DNA of 64,000 nucleotides from an uncultured Gemmatimonadales bacterium (lineage in GTDB: Bacteria; Gemmatimonadota; Gemmatimonadetes; Gemmatimonadales; GWC2-71-9), in assembly GCA_963730185.1 (NCBI GenBank), contig CAVSQW010000005.1, positions 32,001 to 96,000 of the forward strand, given 5' to 3'. Shown in pieces: positions 52,986-63,525 of the stretch (positions are counted from its first letter, which is position 1; every line of letters starts with the position of its first letter). Below the pieces are notes generated by a model, which had not been told where the DNA came from, searched no databases, and saw only the letters and a program-made list of their open reading frames with translations. The position numbers and the translations under genes are program-made.

Positions 52986-55900
52986 TCACGGGCGCCGACG
53001 CTGGCCGCGCCCGAACCCCGCGTTCTTGACCCGGTCCGGCACGCCGTTCCACTGCTCCGGCGTGAGCGCCTTCTGACAGGCCGCGAGGGCGTCGCGGTGC
53101 GCGGTTCGGAGCTCCTGGAACACCGGCTGGATCGAGAGCATCAGCCGCTGCGGATCGGGATTCGAGCCGGCCTTCTGGATCTGCGCCTCCGCTTTCTCCC
53201 CCAGGGCCTTGATCTTCGCCGCGAACGAATCCGACACCGCCTGGAGTGCCGTCACCTCAGCGTCGGTCAGGTTGAGGGCGATCCGGATCTTGACGATCTC
53301 CGCCGCGGGATCCGGGAACGCCGTCTCGAGCCGGGTCAGGAAGTCGGCCGGCGTCGCCATCCCCGCGGCCCCGCCCGCGCCACCCCGACCACCGGGACCG
53401 CCAGCTCCGCCGGGCCGCCCACCGAACCCGCCCCCGAAGCCACCCCGGCCGCCACCACGGAGGCCGCGGAGGAAGTCGCGTTGCCGATCCGGGCCGATGG
53501 TGTAGCGGACCTGAATGCCGATTTGAAACGGATTCCGGATGGCGTTCACGCTCGCCACGGTGGCGCCGAAGCGCTCGTTCACGACGTACGTGAACCGTTG
53601 GGTCGTAGGATCGAACCCGTCGACCAGGAGCAGCGTCCCGTCGGGCCGGGACTGCTGTCCCCAGCCCTGGAGATTGCCCGCACCGTGGAAGAGCTCGTCC
53701 AGGCCCGCCAGCAGGTTACTGGTGACGACCGAGATGTTGAGCCGCTGGTTGAGCCCCAGAAAGGTCGGGCGGTAGTTCATCTGGAGATCGAGCGACGGCT
53801 GCCAGGGTCCGACGCAGCTGTTCCGGGCCGCGATCTGGCCGGTCTGTCGCTCGAGGCAGGCCCGCACCCCGGCACCGGTGCCGGCCAGGAGCCGGGCCAT
53901 CCCATCGGCCACCGCGGTGTCGGCGGCGTTCGGGCCGAAGATGAAGGCCCGGTCGTTGCGCGATCCGTCGCCGTTGATGTCGGCGCTCACCACCGGTGTG
54001 TACGGCGCGCCGCTGGTGAGCCGGGCGATGGTGGTGAGCTCGAGATTGTTGGTGACCGGATAGGTCGCCGTGGCAAGGAACGAATGGCGCCGCTCGAAGT
54101 CGCTCCGAGCCCACTCCCGGGCGTTGGGGTCGCCCCCGGTCGTGGCGGAGCTGAAGCCGAGCCCCCCGCCGGCGCCCGCGAACGAGGACTGGTCGCGTGA
54201 GCGGCTCAAGGTGTACGACACGCTGTAGATCAATGCCTTCCGGGTCGTCCCTTGAGCGCTCAGGGTCAGCTGGGTGGACTCGGACTGGAGATCGGAGTCC
54301 ACCCGGAGCACCTGGCCGTACGCCGGGTCGCGCCGCGAAGCGAAGAGGCCCGTCGCGCCGGTGCGAGGGTCGATCGTCGGGGCCGCCGCGTAGACCGGAC
54401 GACCGCCTTCGCTCGTCAGGCTGAACTGCGGGCTGCCGAGGTTGAGGTCGCTGAAGCCGGTCTGGTCCAGGCCGCGGGCGTAGCTCACCTCGAGGCCGAG
54501 GGCGTGGAGACCCATGCGGCGGTTGATCCCAAGGGAGCCCCGCCAGGCCCGGGGCGCGCTGAAGTCCTGGTTGAAGGCGGTGACGTTGGGCTGCCGGGTG
54601 GGAACCGCGCTCAGGGCACCGCCGAGGCACCCGACCGGCACGGACCCGGGATCGGTCCGATATCCCGACCAATCCGGGACCGGCGCGTCGGCGCCGATGC
54701 ACACCAGCTGCGACTCGGTGTTTCCTTGACCAGGCGCCGCGATCGCGGCGCTCACCAGCTGGTTGGGCATCCGGCTCAGGAACTCGCCGATCCCGCCCCG
54801 GAGGTACCACTTGGGCGGCGCCTCCGGGTTGAAGCCCCCGACCACCCAGGTGAACCCGACCCGCGGGCTCAGGTGCAGCTCGCTCGGCAAGCGGTCGGTC
54901 CGGAGGCCGAAGCTGGTGGCCACGTCCTGGTTCAGCGCCGGCGCGCCGCCGAAGCCCAGCGCCTCGCCGCGGAGCCCGAGCGAGAGCTGCACGGCCGAGC
55001 TGACCCGCCACTGGTCGGTCAGGTAGATCGAGGCGTCGTGCGAGGTGCTGCTCCGGACCACCGGTGCCACGGTTCGGGTGAAGCTGGCCGGACGGCCGGA
55101 CTCGAAGTCGGCCAGCGAATTGAAGATGAAGGTCCCGTACCGGTTGCTGGTGCCGTCGCTGGTGGTGCTGCCAACGTTCAGGAAGGTGCCGAGCTTGAAG
55201 CGATGCCCCCCAGATCGGGGGAGCCAGGAAAGCTCGTTGGTGCCCTCGAACGACGTGCTCGAGCCGCTCCGCGGGAGCCCCGGGTTACCGCCGAAGATGA
55301 AGGTGCTCACCCCGGACGAGCCGTCGTCCAGGAGCGACGCGACCTGCACCCGGCCGGCCGGGAAGGCGTCGGTGGCCGACGCCTGGTTGGAGGAGCCGGA
55401 GAGGTAGGCCCGGAACTCGTTGATGACGCTGGTGCCGAATCGCGAGTTCAGGGTCAGCATCCCGCCCCCTCCGCTCGACGACTGGGTCCCACCGGTGCTG
55501 GGCACCGAGAGGGGCGAGATCCGGGTCGGATCCTGCTTGTTGGACCGAACGTCGCCCCGGAAGGTCAGGGTGTGGGCATCCGAGATCGAATAGTCGATCC
55601 GGACGATACCCGACAGCGCCGTGGTCCGGCGGTCGCTCTCGTTGGCCAGATCGACCGGCAGGCCGTCGTTCCCGAGGATCGACAGGAATCGAGCGACTGA
55701 GTCGGGGCTGGCGCCGAGGCGCTCCAGCGACGAAGACGGCGCGTTCAGCAGCGATTGGAGATTGTCACCCCGAAACCGTCCCTGTCCCGATGCGAAGACC
55801 CAGAGCTTGTTCGTGACGATCGGCCCGCCCAGCCCGAACGACAGCTGGTGCTGGGTGAAGCTGTTGTTGAAACTGCCGGACTGGTCGTTCTGGAGCACCA

Positions 55901-56678
55901 GGCTCCGGTCGCGAAGCGAGTAGTTGAGGCTGCCCTGGGTGACGTTGCTACCCGTCCTGGTGGTGGACGACACCAGACCGCCGCTGAACTGGCCCCGCGA
56001 GGCGTCGTAGGTGTTGGTAATGACCCGGGTAACCCGAACCGCGTCCTGCGGGACGGTACCGGCGCCGAAGCTGAGTCCGTCGAGGGTGATGTTGTTGTCG
56101 CCCGGCCGCTGGCCGGCGACGGAAAAGCTGTTGGCGGTGGAATCGGTGCCCGGGATGGCCACCACGCCGGGCGCCAGGGTGGCCAGCAGGGCCAGGTCGC
56201 CGGCGTCGATCGGGAGCCGGGCCAACTGATCGGGCGTCATCGCCTTCTCGGTCGAGCCCGCCGTGGGCGGGTCGAAGCTTCCCGGCGGACCCCGCCGCCC
56301 ACCCCGGACCACGATCTCGTCCAGCTGGGTAGCGCTCCCGCCCGACATCTTGACGTTGAAGACGAGCCGGTCCTCGTCGACCTGACGAGCAATGACCGTT
56401 TGGAGGGGCGCCAGGCCGATCGCCCGGATGGTCATCCGGTACTGGCCGCCGCCGTCGGGGAAGAGAATCGTGTAGCGGCCGCGGGAATCGGTTCGCGCGG
56501 ACCGGACGATCTGGGTCTCCAGCGACATGGCCTCGACCACGGCCTCCGCCACCGGTTGGCCCTGATCGTTGGTGACGACGCCGGTGATGACGTCGGTGGA
56601 TGACACCTGAGCGGTCGCCGAACGCGCCGCGCCGGCCAGCAGGACGCCCACCAGGAGCCCGAACCCCAACCGCGACAC
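52986..56678 (-). CDS. Oar-like TonB-dependent receptor-type beta-barrel with a C-terminal Gly-rich linker and helical LTxxQ domain
   Basis: Signal peptide, CarboxypepD_reg domain, NNITLDG, YDASRGQFSGG, GGPIV and SPRVGF motifs; about 170 extra residues after the last strand. Confidence 0.82.
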   Translation of the reverse strand: MSRLGFGLLVGVLLAGAARSATAQVSSTDVITGVVTNDQGQPVAEAVVEAMSLETQIVRSARTDSRGRYTILFPDGGGQYRMTIRAIGLAPLQTVIARQVDEDRLVFNVKMSGGSATQLDEIVVRGGRRGPPGSFDPPTAGSTEKAMTPDQLARLPIDAGDLALLATLAPGVVAIPGTDSTANSFSVAGQRPGDNNITLDGLSFGAGTVPQDAVRVTRVITNTYDASRGQFSGGLVSSTTRTGSNVTQGSLNYSLRDRSLVLQNDQSGSFNNSFTQHQLSFGLGGPIVTNKLWVFASGQGRFRGDNLQSLLNAPSSSLERLGASPDSVARFLSILGNDGLPVDLANESDRRTTALSGIVRIDYSISDAHTLTFRGDVRSNKQDPTRISPLSVPSTGGTQSSSGGGGMLTLNSRFGTSVINEFRAYLSGSSNQASATDAFPAGRVQVASLLDDGSSGVSTFIFGGNPGLPRSGSSTSFEGTNELSWLPRSGGHRFKLGTFLNVGSTTSDGTSNRYGTFIFNSLADFESGRPASFTRTVAPVVRSSTSHDASIYLTDQWRVSSAVQLSLGLRGEALGFGGAPALNQDVATSFGLRTDRLPSELHLSPRVGFTWVVGGFNPEAPPKWYLRGGIGEFLSRMPNQLVSAAIAAPGQGNTESQLVCIGADAPVPDWSGYRTDPGSVPVGCLGGALSAVPTRQPNVTAFNQDFSAPRAWRGSLGINRRMGLHALGLEVSYARGLDQTGFSDLNLGSPQFSLTSEGGRPVYAAAPTIDPRTGATGLFASRRDPAYGQVLRVDSDLQSESTQLTLSAQGTTRKALIYSVSYTLSRSRDQSSFAGAGGGLGFSSATTGGDPNAREWARSDFERRHSFLATATYPVTNNLELTTIARLTSGAPYTPVVSADINGDGSRNDRAFIFGPNAADTAVADGMARLLAGTGAGVRACLERQTGQIAARNSCVGPWQPSLDLQMNYRPTFLGLNQRLNISVVTSNLLAGLDELFHGAGNLQGWGQQSRPDGTLLLVDGFDPTTQRFTYVVNERFGATVASVNAIRNPFQIGIQVRYTIGPDRQRDFLRGLRGGGRGGFGGGFGGRPGGAGGPGGRGGAGGAAGMATPADFLTRLETAFPDPAAEIVKIRIALNLTDAEVTALQAVSDSFAAKIKALGEKAEAQIQKAGSNPDPQRLMLSIQPVFQELRTAHRDALAACQKALTPEQWNGVPDRVKNAGFGRGQRRRP

Positions 56679-56709
56679 AGCGCCCGCCTCGTGTGGTTAC
56701 GAGGTGGAA

Positions 56710-56735
56710 TACGCAGAGGTCCGGAGAAACGTTAA
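56710..56735 (-). promoter_or_regulatory. Putative ECF-sigma promoter (TTAAC-N17-CGTA)
   Basis: About 30 nt upstream of the receptor GTG start. Confidence 0.5.
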
Positions 56736-56750
56736 GGTATCGGTGACGAG

Positions 56751-57377
56751 CTAGGGCCGGCGGAACCGGCGCCGTGCGGTTTCCGCATCCTTCCACACCA
56801 CGCAGCCCTCGAGGTGGTCGTTGACCAGACCCATCGCCTGCATGAAGGCGTAGACGGTCGTCGGCCCGACGAAGGTCCAGCCCCGCCGCTTCAGGTCCTT
56901 GGACAGGGCCACGCTGACCGGGGTGGTGGCCATCTTCGTCAGCGCGGCGTGGGTCAGCTTGCGGGGTCGGTCGGCCGGGGCCGGCTCGAACTGCCAGAAG
57001 TAGCGAGCCAGGGAGTCGAACTCGTCCCGGAGCGTCAGAGCCCGGCGGGCGTTGTTGATGGTCGACTCGATCTTGCCACGGTGCCGCACGATCCCGGCGT
57101 CCCGAAGAAGCCGGGTCACGTCGCGGCTCCCGAACCGAGCGACCTTCTCGAAGTCGAAGGCGCGGAACGCCCGCCGGAAGTTCTCCCGCTTCCGGAGAAT
57201 GGTGAGCCAGCTCAGCCCCGCCTGAAAGCCTTCGAGACAGATCTTCTCGAACAGACGGTGATCGTCGGCCACCGGCCGACCCCACTCGGTGTCGTGGTAG
57301 TGGGCGTAGTCCGGCGTGCTGGCGCCCCACCAGCAGCGGGCGCGGCCGTCCTCGCCGACCGCGAGACCCTTGGCCAC
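56751..57377 (-). CDS. tag: DNA-3-methyladenine glycosylase I
   Basis: RCWW, YHDTEWG, LEGFQAGLSW and FVGPTTVYAFMQAMGLVNDHLEGC motifs. Confidence 0.95.
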   Translation of the reverse strand: MAKGLAVGEDGRARCWWGASTPDYAHYHDTEWGRPVADDHRLFEKICLEGFQAGLSWLTILRKRENFRRAFRAFDFEKVARFGSRDVTRLLRDAGIVRHRGKIESTINNARRALTLRDEFDSLARYFWQFEPAPADRPRKLTHAALTKMATTPVSVALSKDLKRRGWTFVGPTTVYAFMQAMGLVNDHLEGCVVWKDAETARRRFRRP

Positions 57378-57380
57378 GGC

Positions 57381-57623
57381 CTACTCCTTCTTCTTGAGCC
57401 GGTCCTTATTGGCGGCGATGAAGTCGCGGATCTCGTCGGCCATCTCCAGAAGCTTGGTCCACTGCTCCTGATAGAGGGTGATCGGAAAGCGGCCCAGGCC
57501 GTAGACCGAGACGCCGCCCTTCTCGCTCACCTTGAGCGAGGCGCCCTTGGAGGCGGTCTTCTTGAGCGCGGCGTTCTCCTGCCGCAGTCGGTCCAGCTCG
57601 GCCTTCAGATCTTCATCGGACAT
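57381..57623 (-). CDS. 80-aa hypothetical protein, possibly PC4-like ssDNA-binding fold
   Basis: GGAG RBS; MSDEDLKAELDRLRQEN coiled coil, then KVSEKGGVSVYGLGRFPITLYQEQWTKLL; ends 3 nt before tag. Confidence 0.75.
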   Translation of the reverse strand: MSDEDLKAELDRLRQENAALKKTASKGASLKVSEKGGVSVYGLGRFPITLYQEQWTKLLEMADEIRDFIAANKDRLKKKE

Positions 57624-57737
57624 CGGAGGCTCCCGTTTCGCTTCTCGAGGGACCGCAAGATAGCGGGTTCCCGGGGTGTCGGGGCTCAACCCGGGGTGAT
57701 ACCTTGCCGACGACCTTGCCAACCCAGAGACCACGCC

Positions 57738-58526
57738 ATGCGTCGTCCCATGTTCGGGGCTGCCGCGCTGCTCCTCGCTCTCGTGAGCCAAGCTCGGGCC
57801 CAGCGACTCGACACCGGGTTTCTCGACCGGACGGTGACCGCCGGCGGTCAGACCTTTCGATACCAGATCTACGTTCCGTCGAACTACCGCGCTGAGGTGG
57901 CCTGGCCGGTCATCCTCTTCCTGCACGGTGCCGGCGAGCGCGGCGCTCACGGCCTGCTCCAGACCACCGTCGGTCTCGGCAACGCGATCCGGCGGGACCC
58001 GACCCGCTATCCGGCGCTGGTGGTCTTTCCTCAGGTTCCCGAGGACTCGCAATGGCCGGGGCCGGCCGCCGACGCCGCGTTCGCCGCGTTGCAGGAAACG
58101 ATGGCCACCTACCACACCGACCCCGATCGAGTCTACCTGACCGGCCTCTCGTTGGGCGGGCACGGGACCTGGTACCTGGCCTACCGCCATCCCGCCGTCT
58201 TCGCCGCGGTAGCACCGATCTGCGGCTGGGTCGGCGAGCACCCCATGTTCACCGGGTCGGTGCCGGTCGTCCCGCCCGACAGCGGGCCGGCGCTCCCCGC
58301 GCTGGCCCGTCAGCTCGCTCGGGTACCGATCTGGGTCTTTCACGGTGAGATGGACCCGCTGGTCCCAGTGAGCGGCGCCCGCGATCCGGTCGAGGCGCTG
58401 AAAGCCATCCACGCCGACGTGCGCTATACCGAGTACCTGGGAATGGGGCACAACGTCTGGGACGCGACCTACGCCTCCGACGAGTTCGCCCACTGGCTGT
58501 TCGCCCAGCGGCGACGCCACCGCTGA
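57738..58526 (+). CDS. Exported alpha/beta hydrolase (predicted esterase/peptidase)
   Basis: Signal peptide; FLHGAGE, TGLSLGG, FHGEMD and GHNVW motifs. Confidence 0.88.
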   Translation: MRRPMFGAAALLLALVSQARAQRLDTGFLDRTVTAGGQTFRYQIYVPSNYRAEVAWPVILFLHGAGERGAHGLLQTTVGLGNAIRRDPTRYPALVVFPQVPEDSQWPGPAADAAFAALQETMATYHTDPDRVYLTGLSLGGHGTWYLAYRHPAVFAAVAPICGWVGEHPMFTGSVPVVPPDSGPALPALARQLARVPIWVFHGEMDPLVPVSGARDPVEALKAIHADVRYTEYLGMGHNVWDATYASDEFAHWLFAQRRRHR

Positions 58527-58538
58527 CCGGCGAGCGCC

Positions 58539-60518
58539 TCAGGGCACCCGTTCGAGCACCACCCGGATGAGGTCCAGCGCGGCCCGGCGGGTGCCGGTCC
58601 GCGCGGGCGAGATCTGGAAGTGGACCACCTGACTGCCGGCGTCGAGATCGAGCTCCCCTAACGGGGTAAGCGCTCCCGCGCGGTGAGTCGGCGCCGACGT
58701 GTCGAACGGCGTTCCGTAGGGCTGGTCGTCGACCAGAAGCTGCACCACTCCTTGGTCCGGGCCCACCACCGGCAGGATCGACACCCGATACCGCCCCGCC
58801 AACGGCACCGGCACCGCCAGGCTCAAGACGTGGCGCCCGAAGTCCGGCGTGCTGTCGCCCACGAAGGAGAGGTAGCGCCCGATCCCGGGCTCCGGCCGCT
58901 TCGTCAGGGTGGCGTACCGGGTAGAGAAAAACGTCACCGGCGACGACCAACCCGGGTTCAGGGTGATCCGTGACGGAACGCTAGCCCGGCGGGTGCGCTC
59001 GGTGTATTCGGTCGAATGCCACTCGGGCGGCGCCGCGGAATAGAAGTAGGTCACCGCCGCGTAGTCGGCCGAGACCGCGTTGGTGACGTCCTCGCCGTGC
59101 TCGATGGTGAAGTCGATCGTTCCGTCGTAGGCATAGGCGTCGCCCAGGAAGAAGCGATACCCGCCGGTCCGGGCCAGCGGGTTGGAGTAGCCGAGCGAGC
59201 CCGACATGGGAAACGAACGGCGCGCGTCCCAGCGGCCGGGAACGTCGTACCAGCCGCCGTTGAACGAGTCCTCTGAGCCGGTGCCGGCAACCACCGTGTC
59301 GCCGTCGATCACCACCCGGTCGTCGCCCTCGAAGAACGGGGTGCCGTCGGTGGCCAGCCCCTGCGCCTGCAGCACCACCCCGACGACGTGGCCGCGCCCA
59401 CCGGTCCGGAGAAAGGTGAACGGCTGCCCGGGCGTGGTCGGGTTCTCGCGGCGCCAGACTGCGTAGAACCGGCCCTCGTCCGGCCGGCGGGCCTCGGGAC
59501 TCAGGAAGATCTCGGCGTGGATGGCGCGTGGCGCAGTGCCCGGCGCCTGCTCCATCTCGATCCGGGCGGAGCGATCGAAGGGCATCGGGAACCAGAGGTA
59601 GGCCGTGTCACGGGTGGCCCCGGCAAGAAGACCCGCCATGGCCGGCCCGCCCCACGCACCCCCGAAGAGGTCGGACACGGGCACCTCCACGGCCGGGTCG
59701 GTCGCCCCATCCCAGTAGATCCGGAGTAGCGCGGCGCGGCCTTCGGCCAACAGCTCACCCGCCGGCGCAAGACGAAGCCCGACCAGCCGGCCGCCGACCC
59801 TGGTCTCGAACACCGTGGTGGGGGCACCCGGCTGGAGGGTCCGGTCGACCGCCCGCCGATCGATCGGCGCACCGGGAGGCGAGCCGAACCGAGCCAGATC
59901 ACCGCCCGACGCGCGGAGCACCGCCTCGGCGCCTTCCCGCCACGGTGACGGGCGACTCGGATCGAACGTCGCGATCCCGGCATCGGCACCGTAGCGGGCG
60001 TAGTTGATCTGGTAGAACTGCACCTTCGGTCCGCGGACGATCACCCGGAGCGACCGGGCGTAGGGAAGCGTGACGTAGCTGTAGTACCCGCCCGCCCCGA
60101 ACCCCACCAGCGGCCGATCGAAGGGATCGTGGCCACCGAGAAAGAGCGCCCGCATCGGGAGCCGGAGCCGGGGCGTCGTCTCGCCGTCGAAGTAGAACTC
60201 GACCGGATCGCCGGTCGGTGTGGGCGTCCAGATCCGGTAGACCACGCCCGGTCCCTTCAGGTCGGCGATGACCAGTCCATCGCCTTCCTTCCGGAGGAAG
60301 GAATGGGCCCCGCTGAAGCCGTCGTCGTTCTTGCCCGAGGGGTCGGCGCTCGTGACCGCCCCGAGCGCGATCGAGTGACGGAGGCGGGGCAGCTCGTCGA
60401 GCCGCGCCAGGGCGCGGAGGCCGACCCCGGGCAGGCCGTCCGCGGGCGGGCGCTGGGCGGGCGCGACCGTCGCGGTGAGGGCGACGGCCAGCGGTCCGAG
60501 AAACGGTCGGAGGTTCAC
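58539..60518 (-). CDS. Exported GH172 / DUF2961 glycoside hydrolase with C-terminal extension
   Basis: GPGVVYRIW, IYWDG, PMPF, FFEGDD, GTGSEDSFNGGWY and IEHG motifs. Confidence 0.85.
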   Translation of the reverse strand: MNLRPFLGPLAVALTATVAPAQRPPADGLPGVGLRALARLDELPRLRHSIALGAVTSADPSGKNDDGFSGAHSFLRKEGDGLVIADLKGPGVVYRIWTPTPTGDPVEFYFDGETTPRLRLPMRALFLGGHDPFDRPLVGFGAGGYYSYVTLPYARSLRVIVRGPKVQFYQINYARYGADAGIATFDPSRPSPWREGAEAVLRASGGDLARFGSPPGAPIDRRAVDRTLQPGAPTTVFETRVGGRLVGLRLAPAGELLAEGRAALLRIYWDGATDPAVEVPVSDLFGGAWGGPAMAGLLAGATRDTAYLWFPMPFDRSARIEMEQAPGTAPRAIHAEIFLSPEARRPDEGRFYAVWRRENPTTPGQPFTFLRTGGRGHVVGVVLQAQGLATDGTPFFEGDDRVVIDGDTVVAGTGSEDSFNGGWYDVPGRWDARRSFPMSGSLGYSNPLARTGGYRFFLGDAYAYDGTIDFTIEHGEDVTNAVSADYAAVTYFYSAAPPEWHSTEYTERTRRASVPSRITLNPGWSSPVTFFSTRYATLTKRPEPGIGRYLSFVGDSTPDFGRHVLSLAVPVPLAGRYRVSILPVVGPDQGVVQLLVDDQPYGTPFDTSAPTHRAGALTPLGELDLDAGSQVVHFQISPARTGTRRAALDLIRVVLERVP

Positions 60519-60678
60519 GGCACCATCGGGGCTCGGGTCGGGCTCAAGTTACTCTCGGTCCGGATCGTCTCAAGACCCGGGCGGCGCTGGCTTTACACTG
60601 TTCAACCCGGACGATAGCTTCGCTCCGGCCTCGTGATACCGCGGTCATCGTCCCATCTTCGGCCCTACAGGATCGCCC

Positions 60679-61848
60679 ATGCATCGCCTCGCTCGGCCAC
60701 TCCTGGTCGCTCTCGCGGGCTGCGCGCTGGCCGCGCCGGCCGGCGCCCAGTCGCCTCGCCATGAGCTCGACAACCTGCCTTTCCTGCGCAGCTACGTCTC
60801 CGCCCGGGTGTCGAGCGCCGACCCGACCGGCGGCAACGACGACGGCAACGGCCGACACCCCATCGAGCCCGGCGAGACCCGGACCCTCGCCGCGCTCGAT
60901 GGCCCTGGGATCATCACCCACATGTGGTTCACGATCGCCACCCGCGACCGGTGGCATCTCAAGAACCTGGTGCTTCGGATCTACTGGGACGCTGAAACCA
61001 CCCCCAGTGTGGAGACCCCAATCGGCGACTTCTTCGGCCTCGGCCTCGGCAAGTACTTCCTCTACGAATCCGGTCCCTTGTCGGTCGGGTCGCAAAAGGC
61101 GCTGAACAGCTACTTCCCGATGCCCTTCCGGCGGTCGGCCCGGATCACGGTCACCAACGACGGCGACCTCGCCACCTCGTCTTTCTACTACAACATCGAC
61201 TACGAGAAGCACCAGTCGCTGCCCGACGACATGGGCTACTTCCACGCCCAGTACCGCCAGGCCGCGCCGTTCCATGGGTGGACCGACGATTGGACCCGGA
61301 ACGGCGACACGCTGGTGGACCGGCGACCCAATCGCACCGGCGAAGGCAACTATCTGATCCTCGAGGCGCGGGGCCACGGTCATTTCGTGGGGGTGACGGA
61401 AAGCATCCTCCAGAATCAGGGCGACTGGTGGGGTGAGGGCGACGACATGTTCGTGATCGACGGTGCCCCGCTCCCCCAGATCAACGGTACCGGCAGCGAG
61501 GACTACTACCTGGGCGCCTGGTGCTACGGGGGGTGCGGGATCGACCCGTTCGGTAGCAAGCGGCCCACCTTCGCCTACCAGCGCTACGGCAATCCGATGA
61601 ACGGCGGCGACGATCGCGGGGCCGGCTGGATGGTGTATCGCTTCCACACCGACTCGCCGGTCGTGTTTCAGAAGTCGCTCCGGTTCTCGATCGAGGCCGG
61701 GCACGCCAACCATCGCTCCGACAACTACTACACCGTGGCGTACTGGTACCAGGACGAGCCGCACCTGGCGTTTCCGACCCTGCCCCCGGCCGCCGATCGG
61801 ATCCCGCGGGTCATGAACACCGGCGGACCCACGATGGGAAGGCCCTGA
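60679..61848 (+). CDS. Exported GH172 / DUF2961 glycoside hydrolase
   Basis: GPGIITHMW, PIGDFFG, NSYFPMPF, WWGEGDD, GTGSEDYY, YRFH and VAYWYQ motifs. Confidence 0.9.
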   Translation: MHRLARPLLVALAGCALAAPAGAQSPRHELDNLPFLRSYVSARVSSADPTGGNDDGNGRHPIEPGETRTLAALDGPGIITHMWFTIATRDRWHLKNLVLRIYWDAETTPSVETPIGDFFGLGLGKYFLYESGPLSVGSQKALNSYFPMPFRRSARITVTNDGDLATSSFYYNIDYEKHQSLPDDMGYFHAQYRQAAPFHGWTDDWTRNGDTLVDRRPNRTGEGNYLILEARGHGHFVGVTESILQNQGDWWGEGDDMFVIDGAPLPQINGTGSEDYYLGAWCYGGCGIDPFGSKRPTFAYQRYGNPMNGGDDRGAGWMVYRFHTDSPVVFQKSLRFSIEAGHANHRSDNYYTVAYWYQDEPHLAFPTLPPAADRIPRVMNTGGPTMGRP

Positions 61849-61849
61849 C

Positions 61850-63525
61850 ATGGCGGACGTGACCCGCGACCTCATCCTCGTCGCGAGCGGCGACTCGCGA
61901 CTCTCCGCCAACCAGCGTCTGCTGGCCGGCTCAGGCCGGGCTCGAGGCGACGATCGGGCGGACGTTCGAGGCGCTGGGCCGGCGGGTGGTGCGAGGTCAT
62001 CCGGTCGACCCGACGCTCGGCCACGGCTTCATCGACGGTCAGGCCCGAGGGCATCGAGGTGTTCCGGAGGATCGACCCCGACGCGCCGCTGATCGTCGCC
62101 GAGGCCGTCTGGCAGTACACCAGCCACGTGCTGGCTGGCCTGACCCGGCACCGGGGGCCGATCCTGACGCTCGCCAACTGGAGCGGGCAGTGGCCCGGGC
62201 TGGTCGGGCTCCTCAATCTGAACGGGTCGCTCACCAAGGCCGGCGTTCCGTACAGCACCATCTGGAGCGAGGACTTCACCGACGACTTCGCCCGCGAAGT
62301 CCATCGCCGAGTGGCTGGCGACCGGCGCGATCGAGCACGACCTTCCCACGCCCGCCCGCTCGAGGACGACGAGCTTCGGCGGCGAGTTCGCCGCCGACGC
62401 CGGGCCGGCGACGCGCTCGGACGCGAGCTCGCAAGCGCGAGCAGGCCCTCCTCGGCGTGTTCGATGAGGGGTGCATGGGGATGTTCAACGCGATCATCCC
62501 CGATCACCTGCTGCACCCGCTCGGGCTGTTCAAGGAGCGGCTGAGCCAGAGCGCGCTCTACGCCGCGATGCTGGCGGTCCCGGACGCGACCGCGCGGCGC
62601 CCACTACGACTGGCTGCGCGCGCGGGGGATGCGTTTCGCGCTGGGCGCGGACGAGGCCACCGAACTGACCGAGGCGCAGGTGCTCGAAGGGCTCCGGATG
62701 TACGACGCGGCCGTCGCGGCTGGCGCACCAGCTTCGGGTGTGCGGCCATCGGGATCCAGTATCAGCAGGGGCTCAAGGACACCTGCGTCGCGTCCGACCT
62801 GGCCGAGGGGCTGCTCAACAACCCCGACCGGCCGCCGGTGCTCGGTGCCGACGACGGCGCCGGCTCTTCGACGGACGGGCGGTGCCGCACTTCAATGAGG
62901 TGGACGAGTGCGCCGGCGTCGACGCGCTCGATGACCAACCGGGTCTGGATCGCGACTCGGCATCGATCCGTCGACCACGCTGCACGACGTGCGGTGGGGC
63001 GCGCCGGTGGCGGAGCGAGGCGTGGACGAGTTCGTCTGGGTGTTCGAGATCTCCGGCGCCGCGCCGGCCTCGCACTTCATCGGCGGCTACGCCGGCGCCA
63101 CGGGTGAACGCCAGCCGCCGATGTACTTCCCGCGCGGCGGCTCGACCCTCAAGGGCGTGAGCCGTCCGGGCGAGATCGTCTGGAGCCGGATCTACGTGCC
63201 GGACGATGCGCTGCACATGGACATCGGGCGCGGGCGGCGTGGTCCGGCTCTCCGACGAGGAGACCGAGCGCCGCTGGCAGGCGACGACGCCGCAGTGGCC
63301 GATCATGCACGCCGTCCTCTACGGGGTGAGTCGCGACCAGTTGATGGCGGCCCACCAGGCCAACCACATCCAGGTCGCGTACGCGCCTGACGCCGCCGAG
63401 CGGCCCGCCGGGCGCTGGCGCGGAAGGCGGCCATGGCGCAGCGCGCTGCGGCCTCGAGGTGCGGCTCGCCGGCGACCTCGACGACACGCTGGACTCCCAC
63501 CAGACCGGCGCCGCTCCGTCAGTGA
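61850..63525 (+). CDS. L-fucose/D-arabinose isomerase-like protein, multiple frameshifts (probably sequence errors); end approximate
   Basis: Fragments across frames: [83 protein letters not shown]. Confidence 0.7.
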
